A stretch of DNA of 64,000 nucleotides from NCBI RefSeq assembly GCF_011745625.1, contig NW_027191457.1, forward strand, positions 372,001-436,000. The letters run 5' to 3'. The notes below the pieces were generated by a model. The model made no database searches. It saw nothing but the letters and a program-made list of their open reading frames with translations, and had not been told where the DNA came from. Origin of the DNA: Cladosporium halotolerans. Taxonomy: Eukaryota. Positions 63,270 to 64,000 of the stretch are shown one piece after another. How positions within the stretch are numbered: the stretch's first letter is position 1; each line of letters opens with the position of its first letter. The position numbers and the translations under genes were made by a program.

Positions 63270-64000
63270 TTTTTTGTTTGGACGAGGGGGTTTTTGGGGG
63301 GTGGCTGGTAGTTGAGAGGTTTTGCTTGCTTGCGAGGATGGTGTTGTGTACGGTGGCGATGGTTGGAGGAGAAGGATGCCGGGTACAGTCGCGATTGAGT
63401 GTAGACGTCGATTGTCGGTATCGCTCGATGCTGTCCAGTGTCAAACGACGATCGTGGAACAAGTGCTATGAACCACAAGCTCAATGGCTGTAGGATTAAT
63501 TCGATCTCTAACGATATGAGTCCGCAAGCTACAAGTACGAACAAGAAACGAACCACAAACTCAACAACATCCCATCGCCTTTAAAACCAAAAAAGAAACC
63601 AACCTCCACGGCCCACAACATCCCACGGCACCTTCCAACACACCCCGATTACCCATCGAACTCCATTCCCTCACTACACACAGTCGCAAGTCCACCGTCC
63701 ACGCGCCGGTACCCGGACTTAACGCCCAGCGACATCGGTCGCCTCGGCCAAAAGTCCCCACGACCACTGACCACCGACCTCCAGCTCCAGCTGACTGACG
63801 AACCACCAAACCCAGCAAAACCCCGCAGCAACAGCCCTCCCCCAGCCCTGCACGTCTCACGTGCATCCGCTACCACATCTCATAAATCACATACATTACA
63901 TGCGCATGCATGCACGCTGACGGGCGCTTAAGCACGCATGCTTGCAAGCGGTCTGGGCCTGCTGCTGCTGTGCGTCTTACTTCGCGGTGAGGAGGCGTTG

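Overview
Gene-dense eukaryotic DNA from a filamentous ascomycete, probably Dothideomycete-like (inferred from GT..AG introns with CTRAC branch points and from gene content). I can support about 29 protein-coding genes, many split by introns and so fragmented or missed in the ORF track, plus one tRNA-Ile(AAU). In order: PHO89-type phosphate transporter, Pth11-like membrane protein, secreted tyrosinase, AA9 LPMO-CBM1, CAP59/GT69 mannosyltransferase, FHIP, Est1-type protein, BTB protein, EBP-like protein, divergent glycerol kinase/aquaglyceroporin pair, Gly/Pro-rich protein, divergent RPB9/ESS1 pair, hypothetical protein, mitochondrial uL14, SET9, DHFR, MYND protein, INO80-type subunit, LOA1/VPS66, Acinus-like protein, GCS1, WRKY/GCM1-like protein, GPI cell-wall protein, MBL-fold protein, CDC4, and a TcuA-like flavoprotein. 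Three signals stand out. (1) RPB9 intron 2 is itself an in-frame coding sequence for an alternative C-terminus with a different Cys4 motif. (2) A ~186-nt tRNA-like Pol III unit with greatly enlarged arms lies at 50.6 kb. (3) C-rich to G-rich strand-skew flips recur along the window regardless of gene orientation. All calls are by eye, with no database searches.
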